Positions 12,983 to 21,829 of a DNA stretch of 45,791 nucleotides are shown piece by piece (the first letter of the stretch is position 1; each line of letters begins with the position of its first letter). Source of the DNA: Candidatus Eiseniibacteriota bacterium (GTDB taxonomy: Bacteria > Orphanbacterota > Orphanbacteria > Orphanbacterales > Orphanbacteraceae); the NCBI GenBank assembly GCA_043818685.1, contig JBDRFQ010000362.1, positions 1 through 45,791 on the forward strand, read 5' to 3'. The notes under the pieces were generated by a model, which was not told where the DNA came from, ran no database searches, and was given only the letters and a program-made list of their open reading frames with translations. The translations under genes and the position numbers were made by a program.

Positions 12983-13261
12983 ATGATCGAGCAAGCGGCG
13001 CTCGTTCGCAACAAGCTGGGGATTCACGTGCGCCCGGCGGAGCGGATCGCCCAGACGGCGGTCCGCTTCCAGGCGAGCGTCGCCCTTCGAAACGGGGAGT
13101 GCCAGGTGAACGCGAAGAGCATCCTCGGCATTCTGGCGCTGGAGGCCGGCCTCGGGGCGGAGATCACGATCATCGCCGACGGGGCCGACGAGCGGGAGGC
13201 GGCTCAGGCGATCGCGGCCCTCTTCGAGGAGGGCTTCGGAGAGGAGCTGGGCGAGACGTGA
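12983..13261 (+). CDS. ptsH: Phosphocarrier protein HPr
   Basis: GIHVRPA (His-15 site) and NAKSILGIL (Ser-46 site). Confidence 0.9.
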   Translation: MIEQAALVRNKLGIHVRPAERIAQTAVRFQASVALRNGECQVNAKSILGILALEAGLGAEITIIADGADEREAAQAIAALFEEGFGEELGET

Positions 13262-15054
13262 GGGGGCGCGGGCCGACGAGTAAGCGGAAGGCGCTGAAGG
13301 GCCCTGTTCAGCTGCGGGGGCTTCCCGTGTCCCCCGGGATCGCCGTCGGAGAGGTTTTCGTGCTCGCCGACCGGGATCCGGAGATCGCGGACGTCCGGAT
13401 CGCTCCGGGGGACGTCGCGAACGAGGAGAAGCGTTTCCTCGAGGCGATCGTTCTCGCCCGGGACGAGGTCCTCAAGATACGGACGCGGTATCGATCGGTC
13501 GTCGGGGACGATCTCGTTCGCGTCTTCGACGCTCAGATCATGCTTCTCGAGGACGAAGCGGTCGTCGACGCCGCCCTCGCGCGCATCCGCGGCGAGAAGC
13601 GAAGCGCCGCCGCGGCGGTCCAGGGAGTTCTCGCCGAGGCGATCGAGAAGCTCTCCCGGACGGAAAGCGAGTACCTGCGCGACCGCGCGGAGGACCTGAA
13701 GGACATCCAGCGGCGCGTTCTGCATCACCTCGCCGGAGGACGCCGGCGTTCGTTCGCCCACATCGACAAGAACGTCATCCTCATCGCGGAAGATCTCACG
13801 CCGTCGGAGACGGTGCAGCTTCCCAGAAGCAAGGTGAAGGCCTTCGTGACGAGGCTCGGGGGCCGTACCTCGCACACGGCGATCATGGCCCGTTCGCTCC
13901 AGATCCCGGCGGTGGTCGGGGTCGAGGGCATTCTCGAGGCAGCGGATTATCAGGATCGCATCGTCGTAGACGGGAGCGAGGGGCTGGTGGTGCTCCGCCC
14001 GGACGCGGACCTCCTCCGTGCCGCTCGGAGCCGCCAGCGCCGCTACATGGAGGTCTCGCGCGAGCGCCTCCGCCTTCGCGATCTCCCGTCGGTCACGCGG
14101 GACGGCGTGGAGATCCGTCTGTTCGCGAACGTGGACGTGCCCGAGGAGGTGCCGCTCGCGATCGAGAACCGCGCCCGCGGCATCGGCCTCTTCCGCACCG
14201 AGTTTCTCTACTTTCGCGACGCGGAGATCGCCCGGGAAGAGGCGCAGACCACGATCTACCGGAAGATCCTCCGGCGCGTCTCGCCCGATCCGGTCGTCTT
14301 CCGCACGCTCGACGTGGGAGGCGACAAGGTGCTCGATCCCCTCTCGGCGCCGATGGAGCCCAACCCGATGCTCGGATGGCGGGGGATCCGAATCTCGCTC
14401 GAGCTGCGCGATCTCTTCCGCGTACAGGTGAGGTCGCTTCTCCGCGCTTCGACCGTGGGGAACCTGTCGATCCTCCTGCCGATGGTCACGACCGTGGAGG
14501 AGGTGCTCGACGCGAAACGGCTGATCGCCGAGGCGCGCGAGGAGATCCTGCTTGAGGGCGTGAAGCTCCCGGAAAAGGTGCGCATCGGCGCCATGATCGA
14601 AACACCGGGCGCGGTCTTCCTCGCGCCGCACATCGCGCGCGAGGTCGATTTCTTAAGCATCGGGACGAACGATCTCATCCAGTACAGCCTGGCCGTCGAC
14701 CGCGACAACGTGAAGGTCGCGTATCTGTTCGACCCGTTCCACCCCGCCGTGGCCCACATGGTGAAGCTCGTTCTCGACGCGGCCGGCGAGGCGGGGATTC
14801 CGGCGTCGATCTGCGGGGAGATGGCCGGTGAACCGCTCTGCGCAATTCTCCTCGTCGGCCTCGGCGCGCGGGAGCTCTCTGTGCACCCGTACCTGATCCT
14901 CGAGCTGAAGCGGATCTTCGCGCTGATGAGATCCGGCGAGGCGGAGGCGCTGGCGGCGGAGGTCCTCCGCATGCCGTCCCCGCGCCGGGTGAGGGACGCC
15001 GCCGAGCAGTTCCTCCACGATCTGGAGGTGCGGGGCGAGAGGGAGAAGGAATGA
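13258..15054 (+). CDS. ptsI: Phosphoenolpyruvate-protein phosphotransferase (PTS enzyme I)
   Basis: GGRTSHTAIMARSLQIPAVVG (active-site His), the PEP-utilising C-domain GIGLFRTEFLY and FLSIGTNDLIQY. The GTG start overlaps the ptsH stop. Confidence 0.9.
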   Translation: MRGRGPTSKRKALKGPVQLRGLPVSPGIAVGEVFVLADRDPEIADVRIAPGDVANEEKRFLEAIVLARDEVLKIRTRYRSVVGDDLVRVFDAQIMLLEDEAVVDAALARIRGEKRSAAAAVQGVLAEAIEKLSRTESEYLRDRAEDLKDIQRRVLHHLAGGRRRSFAHIDKNVILIAEDLTPSETVQLPRSKVKAFVTRLGGRTSHTAIMARSLQIPAVVGVEGILEAADYQDRIVVDGSEGLVVLRPDADLLRAARSRQRRYMEVSRERLRLRDLPSVTRDGVEIRLFANVDVPEEVPLAIENRARGIGLFRTEFLYFRDAEIAREEAQTTIYRKILRRVSPDPVVFRTLDVGGDKVLDPLSAPMEPNPMLGWRGIRISLELRDLFRVQVRSLLRASTVGNLSILLPMVTTVEEVLDAKRLIAEAREEILLEGVKLPEKVRIGAMIETPGAVFLAPHIAREVDFLSIGTNDLIQYSLAVDRDNVKVAYLFDPFHPAVAHMVKLVLDAAGEAGIPASICGEMAGEPLCAILLVGLGARELSVHPYLILELKRIFALMRSGEAEALAAEVLRMPSPRRVRDAAEQFLHDLEVRGEREKE

Positions 15055-16151
15055 GCGAGTGGGGGTCCCTCCGGGAGCGCCATGACCGCTCGGGCATGTA
15101 CGAGCGGATCCGCGATCTCCCGGAGCAGATCGGCGAAGCGGCCTCCCGGTTCCGCGTCCTCAGCCCGGATCCGGACGGAGGGGGCGTCCGGAACATCCTT
15201 CTTCTCGGAATGGGGGGCTCGGCGATCGGGGGCGAGATCGCTTCCGCTCTTCTCGCCCCTGAGTCCGGCCTGCCCGTCTTCGTCTCGCGCGGCTACGATG
15301 CGCCGGCCTGGTGCGGCGGCGACACGTTCGCCGTGGCGACGAGCTACTCGGGAAACACGGAGGAAACCCTCGCGGCGGCGGAGAGCGCCCTCTCCCGCGG
15401 CGCGCGCCTGGCGGCGGTCTCATCCGGCGGCTCGCTCGGGGCGCTGGCGGAAGCCCGCGGCCTTCCCCTCGTTCTCGTCCCCGGAGGGTGCCCCCCGCGC
15501 GCGGCGATCGGGCACCTCACCGTCTCCGCCCTTCTCCTCCTCGAGAAGGCGGGCCTCTCCCCGAGTTGGGCGGGCGCTCTCGGCGAGGCGGTCCGCCTCC
15601 TTGAGGACCTTCGCGCGGAGTGGAACATCGGGGCGGCTCCGGGAGAGGGCGCTCCGTCTCGGGTCGCCCGGGCGCTCCACGGGAGCTTCCCCGTGCTCTA
15701 TCACGGAGGCGGAGAGATGGCGCCGGTGGCGGCGAGGTGGTGTGGCCAGCTGGCGGAGAACTCCAAGACGCTCTCGCACCGCGCCGCGTTCCCGGAGGCG
15801 AACCACAACGAGATCGTCGGCTGGGAGCGCGCACCAGCCCTCCCGCCGATCGCGGTCGTCGCGCTCGAAAGTGGGGGAGACCGGCCGACCGTTCGGAAGG
15901 GGATGGAGTGCGCGCTCCGGCTCGTCGAGGGAAGCGCTCGGTCCGTCCTCCGCCTCGAGGCGCGCGGGGACCGCCCGGTCGCGCGCATTCTCGGCGGGGT
16001 CTACTTCGGCGATTTCGTCAGTTACTTCCTCGCCCTTCTTAACGGGGTCGATCCGACTCCGGTAAGGTCGATCGATCAACTGAAGCGGGAGCTGGCCCAT
16101 GGGAATACGGCGGCGCGGTACGCCGGGGAGGACGGGAGGGAAGCACGTTGA
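15051..16151 (+). CDS. SIS-domain bifunctional phosphoglucose/phosphomannose isomerase family protein
   Basis: LLLGMGGSAIGG and SYSGNTEETL SIS motifs, with ~360 aa PGI/PMI-type architecture. The ATG overlaps the ptsI stop. Confidence 0.7.
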   Translation: MSEWGSLRERHDRSGMYERIRDLPEQIGEAASRFRVLSPDPDGGGVRNILLLGMGGSAIGGEIASALLAPESGLPVFVSRGYDAPAWCGGDTFAVATSYSGNTEETLAAAESALSRGARLAAVSSGGSLGALAEARGLPLVLVPGGCPPRAAIGHLTVSALLLLEKAGLSPSWAGALGEAVRLLEDLRAEWNIGAAPGEGAPSRVARALHGSFPVLYHGGGEMAPVAARWCGQLAENSKTLSHRAAFPEANHNEIVGWERAPALPPIAVVALESGGDRPTVRKGMECALRLVEGSARSVLRLEARGDRPVARILGGVYFGDFVSYFLALLNGVDPTPVRSIDQLKRELAHGNTAARYAGEDGREAR

Positions 16152-17125
16152 AGGCGATCATCCCCTTGGCCGGGGCCGGGCGCCGCCTGAAGCCCCAAAC
16201 GCACACGAGGCCGAAAGCGCTCCTCAACGTGGCCGGGAAGCCGATTCTCGGCCACATCCTCGACGAGCTGATCGAGGCGGGCGTCGACCACGCGATCCTG
16301 GTGGTGGGGCATCTCGTGGACCCGATCCGGAGCTACGTGGCCTCGCGCTACCGGATCCCCTTCGATTTCGTGGAGCAGAAGGACAGGAAGGGGATCGGCC
16401 ACGCGATCTACCTCGCGCGCGACTACGTCGATGCCGACGAGCCGGTTCTCATCGTTCTCGGCGACACGATCTTCAAGGCGGACTTCGAATCGGTGATCGG
16501 GGGGCCGATGAACGCCATCGGAGTCCGCGCGGTCGAGGACCCCTCCCGGTTCGGAGTCGTTCAGGTGATGGACCAGAAGGTCTCGCGCCTCGTCGAAAAG
16601 CCCGAGTCGCCCGTCTCGAACCTCGCCATCGTCGGCATTTACTACTTCGTGAGGGGGGGGCAGCTGTTCCAGGCCCTCGGAGAGATCGTCGACGAGGGGG
16701 TGACGACGCAGGGAGAGATCCACCTGACCGACGCGATCGGGAGGATGATCGAGAAGGGCGAGCCGATTCGCGCGGTCACGGTGAACGGATGGTTCGACTG
16801 CGGGGAGCCCGAGTCGCTTCTTCAGACGAATCGGTTCCTGCTCGAGGAGGAGGCCGGCCGGGTCGAGCTCTCCGGCTCGATCGTCATCCCGCCGGTCTAC
16901 ATCTCTCCGTCGGCGCGGATCGTGCGGTCGGTCGTGGGCCCCTACGTAACGGTGGCGGACGAGGCGGCGATCACCGATTCGATCGTCCGCGACTCGATCG
17001 TGAACGAGCACGCGGTCATCGAGAACTGTCTTCTCGACCGGTCGCTCGTCGGGCTCTACGCGGTGGTGCGCGGGAAGTTCCAGCGCCTCAACGTCGGCGA
17101 CTCCTCGGAGGTCGATTCCAGGTAG
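16148..17125 (+). CDS. Sugar-phosphate nucleotidyltransferase with C-terminal left-handed beta-helix
   Basis: MKAIIPLAGAGRRLKPQTHTRPKALL (GxGxR motif) and C-terminal hexapeptide-like repeats. Sugar specificity is not resolvable by eye. Confidence 0.75.
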   Translation: MKAIIPLAGAGRRLKPQTHTRPKALLNVAGKPILGHILDELIEAGVDHAILVVGHLVDPIRSYVASRYRIPFDFVEQKDRKGIGHAIYLARDYVDADEPVLIVLGDTIFKADFESVIGGPMNAIGVRAVEDPSRFGVVQVMDQKVSRLVEKPESPVSNLAIVGIYYFVRGGQLFQALGEIVDEGVTTQGEIHLTDAIGRMIEKGEPIRAVTVNGWFDCGEPESLLQTNRFLLEEEAGRVELSGSIVIPPVYISPSARIVRSVVGPYVTVADEAAITDSIVRDSIVNEHAVIENCLLDRSLVGLYAVVRGKFQRLNVGDSSEVDSR

Positions 17126-17484
17126 CACTTCGGCGAGAGAATCCCCTCGTGTGTTCGAGCGGCTCGTTCCCCGTCACTGGGCGGACCGGGGTCTCCCTCG
17201 AGACCCGCACTGTTCGGACGGCAGGGCCTGCCGGCGGCTGTCCGCTCGGTGCTCGCCCGGCGCCCGAGTGCGCGCGAGGCCGCGCGTCTCGCGGACACCT
17301 ACCGCCGTCGCCCGTCGCGGCCTTGAGCCTCTCTCCGGAGCGCTGGCCGGCCGTGCCCTCCCACGGAAGCGAGGCTCCCGGTTCTGAGACCCCCTGGCGA
17401 ACGCATGGTACACTCCATGGATCGGGGCGACCCGGCGTAACGGAAAAAGCGGAAAGGCGGCCGGGGATGCCCCCGGGAGGAGCG

Positions 17485-18762
17485 ATGCGAATGCCTTCGA
17501 AGACCGATGCGGAGCACAAGGTGAAGGACCTCTCCCTCGCCGACGAGGGGCTGAGGAAGATCGAGTGGGCGGAGTCGCGGATGCCGGTTCTGATGCGGCT
17601 GAGGGAGCGCTACGCGGGAGAGAAGCCCCTGAAGGGAGCTCGTATCGCCGGGTGCCTCCATGTGACGAAGGAGACGGCGGTGCTCGTCCGGACCCTGGTC
17701 GCGGCCGGGGCGGAAGTCGCCTGGTCCGGGTGCAACCCACTCTCGACGCAGGACGACGTGGCGGCCGCGCTCGCGGCCGAGGGGACCCGGATCTACGCCT
17801 GGCACGGGATGAGCGTCGAAGAGTTCTACTGGTGCATCGATCGGACGCTCGAGATCGATCCGGTCTGCACGCTCGACGACGGGGCCGACCTGATCTTCTC
17901 GATCCACCACAGGCGGAAGGAGAGCCTCGGCTCGGTGTGGGGCGGAACGGAGGAGACGACGACCGGGGTCCATCGCTTGCGTGCGATGGCGGACGACGGG
18001 GCGCTCGGCTACCCGGTCATCGCCGTGAACAACGCGGAGACGAAGTGGGATTTCGACAACGTGTACGGCACCGGCCAGTCATCGTTGGACGGGATCCTGC
18101 GCGCGACGTCGATCCTCATCGCGGGGAAGAACTTCGTCGTCGCCGGCTTCGGCCGATGCGGGCGGGGCTGCGCGATGCGCGCGAAAGGCCTCGGCGCCAA
18201 CGTCTTGGTCACCGAGGTGAATCCGATCCGCGCCCTGCAGGCGACGCTCGAGGGCTATCGGGTGCTTCCGATGGAGGAGGCGGCCGCCTTGGGGGACATC
18301 TTCATCACCGCGACGGGGATGAAGGACGTCCTCGTCGGCCGGCATTTCGACGCCATGAAGGACGGGGCGGTCGTCTGCAACACCGGGCACTACGACTGCG
18401 AGATCCGGATCGGCGATCTCGATGCACGGGCCCGCTCGCAGAGAGAGATCCGGCGGGACAACGAGGAGTTCACCCTGAAGGACGGGCGGCGGATCTATCT
18501 GCTGGCGAAAGGTCGCCTGGTAAACCTCGCGGCCGCGGAGGGCCATCCCTCCGAGGTGATGGACATGAGCTTCGCGAACCAGTTCCTCTCGATGAAGTAC
18601 ATCGTCGAGAACCGGGGGAGGCTCGAGAACAAGGTCTACGACGTTCCGAAGGAACAGGACGAGGAGATCGCGACGCTGAAGCTCGAGACGATGGGACTCC
18701 GAATCGACCGGCTGACGGAGGACCAGGTCAGGTACCGGACGGACTACGCGTCGGGGACGTAG
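17485..18762 (+). CDS. ahcY: Adenosylhomocysteinase
   Basis: LADEGLRKIEWAESRMPVL, CLHVTKETAVL, GGTEETTTGVHRL and the NAD-binding GFGRCGRG. GGGAGGAG lies upstream of the ATG at 17485. Confidence 0.95.
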   Translation: MRMPSKTDAEHKVKDLSLADEGLRKIEWAESRMPVLMRLRERYAGEKPLKGARIAGCLHVTKETAVLVRTLVAAGAEVAWSGCNPLSTQDDVAAALAAEGTRIYAWHGMSVEEFYWCIDRTLEIDPVCTLDDGADLIFSIHHRRKESLGSVWGGTEETTTGVHRLRAMADDGALGYPVIAVNNAETKWDFDNVYGTGQSSLDGILRATSILIAGKNFVVAGFGRCGRGCAMRAKGLGANVLVTEVNPIRALQATLEGYRVLPMEEAAALGDIFITATGMKDVLVGRHFDAMKDGAVVCNTGHYDCEIRIGDLDARARSQREIRRDNEEFTLKDGRRIYLLAKGRLVNLAAAEGHPSEVMDMSFANQFLSMKYIVENRGRLENKVYDVPKEQDEEIATLKLETMGLRIDRLTEDQVRYRTDYASGT

Positions 18763-18828
18763 GCCTGCCCGGCGAGGGGCGGGGAACGGGGTTCCCGGGC
18801 ACGTGGCGTCCGGTTCGATTCTCCCGGG

Positions 18829-19012
18829 CTAGCCTGGATTATGCACGCGTTTCCTGCTGCGGCTGCGGGTCGCGGCCTCCGAGGCCTCCCTTCCGTCGCC
18901 GCTTCCTCAACGTAGTGCCGAGACTACGTTTCCGGGAGCGGCTCGTCCAGGTCGGCCTCTCGGCGCGCGCTCCGCATCCTCGCGACGAAAAGGCGTGCAT
19001 AATCCAGGCTAG
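18829..19012. mobile_element. MITE-like palindromic element, copy A (184 bp, intact)
   Basis: Perfect 20-bp terminal inverted repeats CTAGCCTGGATTATGCACGC. The arms are imperfectly palindromic, with a central hairpin AACGTAGT-gccgag-ACTACGTT. CTAG is present at both ends. Confidence 0.75.
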
Positions 19013-20091
19013 CGCCTCGCGAGCGCGCGGAAGAGAGCGATGCCGATCGCGAGAAAGAGGATGTTGGCGATCCACACGCTGAGGACGGGGGGAAGAAGCT
19101 CGTTGTACCCGACCGACTGGCCGACGCGGATCCCCAGATAGTAGACGAAGCAGATCAAGAGGGCGAGCGTGAAGCCGAGGGCGTTTCCCCCTCTCCGAAG
19201 AAGCGCGGCGAGCGGGCTCCCGAGGAGAACGATAAGGAAGTTCGTGAAGGGGAACGAGAGCTTCATGTAGAGATCCACTTCCTCCTTCCGGACCTCCCCC
19301 CCGTTCATCTTCGCCTTCCTGATGTACTTCTTGAGTTCTCGATAGCTCATCTGTCTCGGGTTCTTCTGGATCTTCCCGAAGTCCTCCGGTGTTTCCCGGA
19401 TCTCCGGCTCCGTCCGCTCCTCGAAGGGGACCGCCTCGTCGAGCCCCTCGGCGGAGAAGCGCCGGAAGTACCCGTTCTCGAAGACCCACCTCCCGTTCTC
19501 CCACCTCGCCTTCTCGGCATCGATCCGCTGGATGAGCGTGTTGTTTCTGAGCAGCTGAACGACGACGTCCTCCATCCGTCCCTTCTCCACGTCCAGCCGC
19601 CCGATCCGGAACAGGCGCCCGTTGTCGCCGAGGAAGGAAAGGTTCGTCCGCAGGCGGGCGGTCCGGCGCCTCCCGGGCTTGATGATCTCGTCCTGGATCG
19701 TGTTCACCCGCTCCGCGGCCGGGGGGGCGAGGGTCTCGCCGGCGACGAGGGCGGCGAGGCTGACGGCGAGCCCGATGAAGAGGACGGGAAGAAGAGTACG
19801 GCGCATGCTGATCCCCGCGGTGAGCGTCGCGAGGAACTCGTTGTTCCTGGCGTGCGCTCCGAGCGAGAAGAGGCAGGCGAGGAGCATGCCGATCGGGAGC
19901 ATGAGGAGGAGGATCTCGGGCATGCGGAAAAGGTAGTAGCTCCCCACGACGGCGAGGGGGACTCCCTGATCGAGAAAGTCGTCGAGCTTCTCGAACAGGT
20001 CGAGCACAACGAAGATCGCGAGGAACGCCGCGAGCGCCAAGGCGAGGGAGAGAAGATATCGGGAGAGCACGTATCGGTCGAGGATCCTCAT
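19009..20091 (-). CDS. lptG: LptF/LptG-family LPS export permease (YjgP/YjgQ)
   Basis: MRILDRYVLSRYL... with multiple TM segments and a central periplasmic domain. The F versus G assignment rests on order only. The stop codon (CTA at 19009-19011) lies inside the CTAG end of MITE copy A. Confidence 0.75.
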   Translation of the reverse strand: MRILDRYVLSRYLLSLALALAAFLAIFVVLDLFEKLDDFLDQGVPLAVVGSYYLFRMPEILLLMLPIGMLLACLFSLGAHARNNEFLATLTAGISMRRTLLPVLFIGLAVSLAALVAGETLAPPAAERVNTIQDEIIKPGRRRTARLRTNLSFLGDNGRLFRIGRLDVEKGRMEDVVVQLLRNNTLIQRIDAEKARWENGRWVFENGYFRRFSAEGLDEAVPFEERTEPEIRETPEDFGKIQKNPRQMSYRELKKYIRKAKMNGGEVRKEEVDLYMKLSFPFTNFLIVLLGSPLAALLRRGGNALGFTLALLICFVYYLGIRVGQSVGYNELLPPVLSVWIANILFLAIGIALFRALARR

Positions 20092-21446
20092 CGTGTTCGG
20101 CCCGAAGTCGATTGGAAGAGACGGGGGAACCGAATGAAGCTCGTCTCGCGAGTCGAGCGCTGGACGAGGAAGATGCCGAGGCCGCCGATCAGGACGTTCG
20201 CGGCCCACATCGCGATGGCGGGCCGGAGGAATCCGCGGTCGGCGAGCTTCTCCCCGCCGATGAGGAAGAGGTAGTACACGACGAAGAAGACGATGCTGAA
20301 ACCGACGCCGGCCCCGAGCCCGCCCCGGTGCGCCTTGACGCCGAGCGGGGCGCCGACGAGCACGAAGACGACGCAAGCGACGGGGAGGGCGTACTTCTTG
20401 TGCACCTCGACCATGTAGCGGTCGATCTGCTTGTCCCTGTCCTCGATCGTGCTGGCGAGGGAGGCGAGGCGGTTGCCGAAGGCGTGGACCTCGCGGCCGA
20501 GGTTCTTCCGCGCGAGGGGCGGCGGAACGGAGGCGCTCCCGGCAACGAGGCTGTCCGCCCCGCGGAGGAGAGCGAGACGGGCCTCGAGGTGCTTGCGCGC
20601 CGCCGTTCGCGTCTCGTCTCGGGCGTCCTCGATCTCGCTCCGATAGGCGCGAACCCGTTCGAGCATGTCCCCCGCGCTCAGCTCGCGGTCCCCGCGCGTC
20701 TTCTTCCCGGAGCGGACGAGCTCCGACCCGATGTTGTTGATCCGGATCGTGTGCGTGTAGAACGAGATCTTGTGGTAGTTGGAGGGATCCTCCTCCTCGA
20801 CGGCGTGGATCTCCCCGTCGCTGAGGTCGAGCGTGAGGGTGTTGCCGTCCTCGGAAAAGTGGAGCCGCCCGCGCTCGGCCACGATCGTCTCCGCCTCCTC
20901 TCCCGCCTCCGCGCGCTGAATCGTGACCCCGGCGATTTCGGAGGTGCGGGAATCGAGCTTCTCGACCCGAAGGGTGTATCCTTCGACGTCGTTGAACACG
21001 CCCGGCTTGAAGGCGAGTCCGGGTCTCTTCCTGTGGATATCGACGAGGAGGCCGGCCAAACGGTGATTGCTCTCCGGAAGGATCCGGTTGTTGAATTGGA
21101 TGAGCCCCGCCGCAAGGAGAAGGGAAACGAGAAGCGGGGGGAGGAGTACTTGGTATATGCTCACGCCGGCCGCCTTCATCGCGGTGATCTCGTTGTCTCC
21201 CGAGAGCTGCCCGAACGCCATGACGGTCGCCACGAGGGCGCTCATCGGGACCGTGAGTGCGGCCATCCACCCGAGGCTGAGGAAGAAGACCTCGAGAACA
21301 ACGGGGAGCGGGACCCCCTTGCCGAGAAAGAGATCGATGTAGTCGATCAGGAGGTCCATCACGAAGAGGAAGGTGATGACGAGGATGGCGAAGAAGAAGG
21401 GAACGATGTGCTGGCGGAGGATGTAGAGACTCAGGATTGGGCGCAT
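20088..21446 (-). CDS. lptF: LptF/LptG-family LPS export permease (YjgP/YjgQ)
   Basis: MRPILSLYILRQHIVPFFF... shows the typical family N-terminus and has a 4-nt overlap with the downstream paralogue. Confidence 0.75.
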   Translation of the reverse strand: MRPILSLYILRQHIVPFFFAILVITFLFVMDLLIDYIDLFLGKGVPLPVVLEVFFLSLGWMAALTVPMSALVATVMAFGQLSGDNEITAMKAAGVSIYQVLLPPLLVSLLLAAGLIQFNNRILPESNHRLAGLLVDIHRKRPGLAFKPGVFNDVEGYTLRVEKLDSRTSEIAGVTIQRAEAGEEAETIVAERGRLHFSEDGNTLTLDLSDGEIHAVEEEDPSNYHKISFYTHTIRINNIGSELVRSGKKTRGDRELSAGDMLERVRAYRSEIEDARDETRTAARKHLEARLALLRGADSLVAGSASVPPPLARKNLGREVHAFGNRLASLASTIEDRDKQIDRYMVEVHKKYALPVACVVFVLVGAPLGVKAHRGGLGAGVGFSIVFFVVYYLFLIGGEKLADRGFLRPAIAMWAANVLIGGLGIFLVQRSTRETSFIRFPRLFQSTSGRTR

Positions 21447-21680
21447 CGTTTCCTCCGCCGGTTCACGTTATCGGAACGGTTCTCGGGCGACAACCTCTTT
21501 CCGGGAGCGTCCCCCCGGTGGGACAGGGCGTCGCCGGATGGGTACGCGCCCGAGGCCGGGAGCTCTCCTTCGCCGGGGCGGGCGCGCCGAGCAGGAGGCT
21601 CAACGTATTTCACCACAATCCTTTACAGGAGTGCACCCGCCGCACCCGCCGGCCCCATCGGCGGGAGGAATCGAACAGCG

Positions 21681-21695
21681 TGGCACGCGGTTTGC
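21681..21695 (+). promoter_or_regulatory. Sigma-54 (-24/-12) promoter core TGGCACG-N4-TTGC
   Basis: GTGGCACGCGGTTTGCC lies in the 356-bp divergent intergenic region. It is oriented toward the sprA-like gene, about 135 nt upstream of the ATG at 21830. Confidence 0.55.
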
Positions 21696-21829
21696 CTCCT
21701 TAGTACCGAAACCCCAAGGGGCTCCCCCATGACACACCGCGGAGGGGCATCCCGTTCGAAAGAGCGCCGGCAGATAACCTCTTCCTTCTCGTCGGGAAGA
21801 GGATGTTTTTTGGAATCGGGGAACTCGTG

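Noticed and set aside
17330-17400. SAH-riboswitch-like core upstream of ahcY (GGAGCGCUG ... hairpin ... AGGCUCCCGG).
   Set aside because: The 3' GGCGCUC strand needed for the pseudoknot is absent. The segment also lies upstream of the best promoter-like element (TGGTACACT at 17406-17414), and the same bases resemble the MITE interior. An Infernal search with RF01057 would settle it.
17805-17825. Additional TGGCAC or TGGCGC strings (17808 in ahcY, 28798 in the M28 gene, ~31312 in ylxR) considered as sigma-54 sites.
   Set aside because: They lack a correctly spaced TTGC/-12 GC element or have a degenerate -24 box, and all lie inside coding sequence.
18809-18828. GGTTCGATTC, a tRNA T-loop-like string just before MITE copy A.
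   Set aside because: The flanking bases cannot form a T-stem or acceptor stem, and only ~66 nt are available after the ahcY stop. It is not a tRNA or a convincing tRNA fragment.
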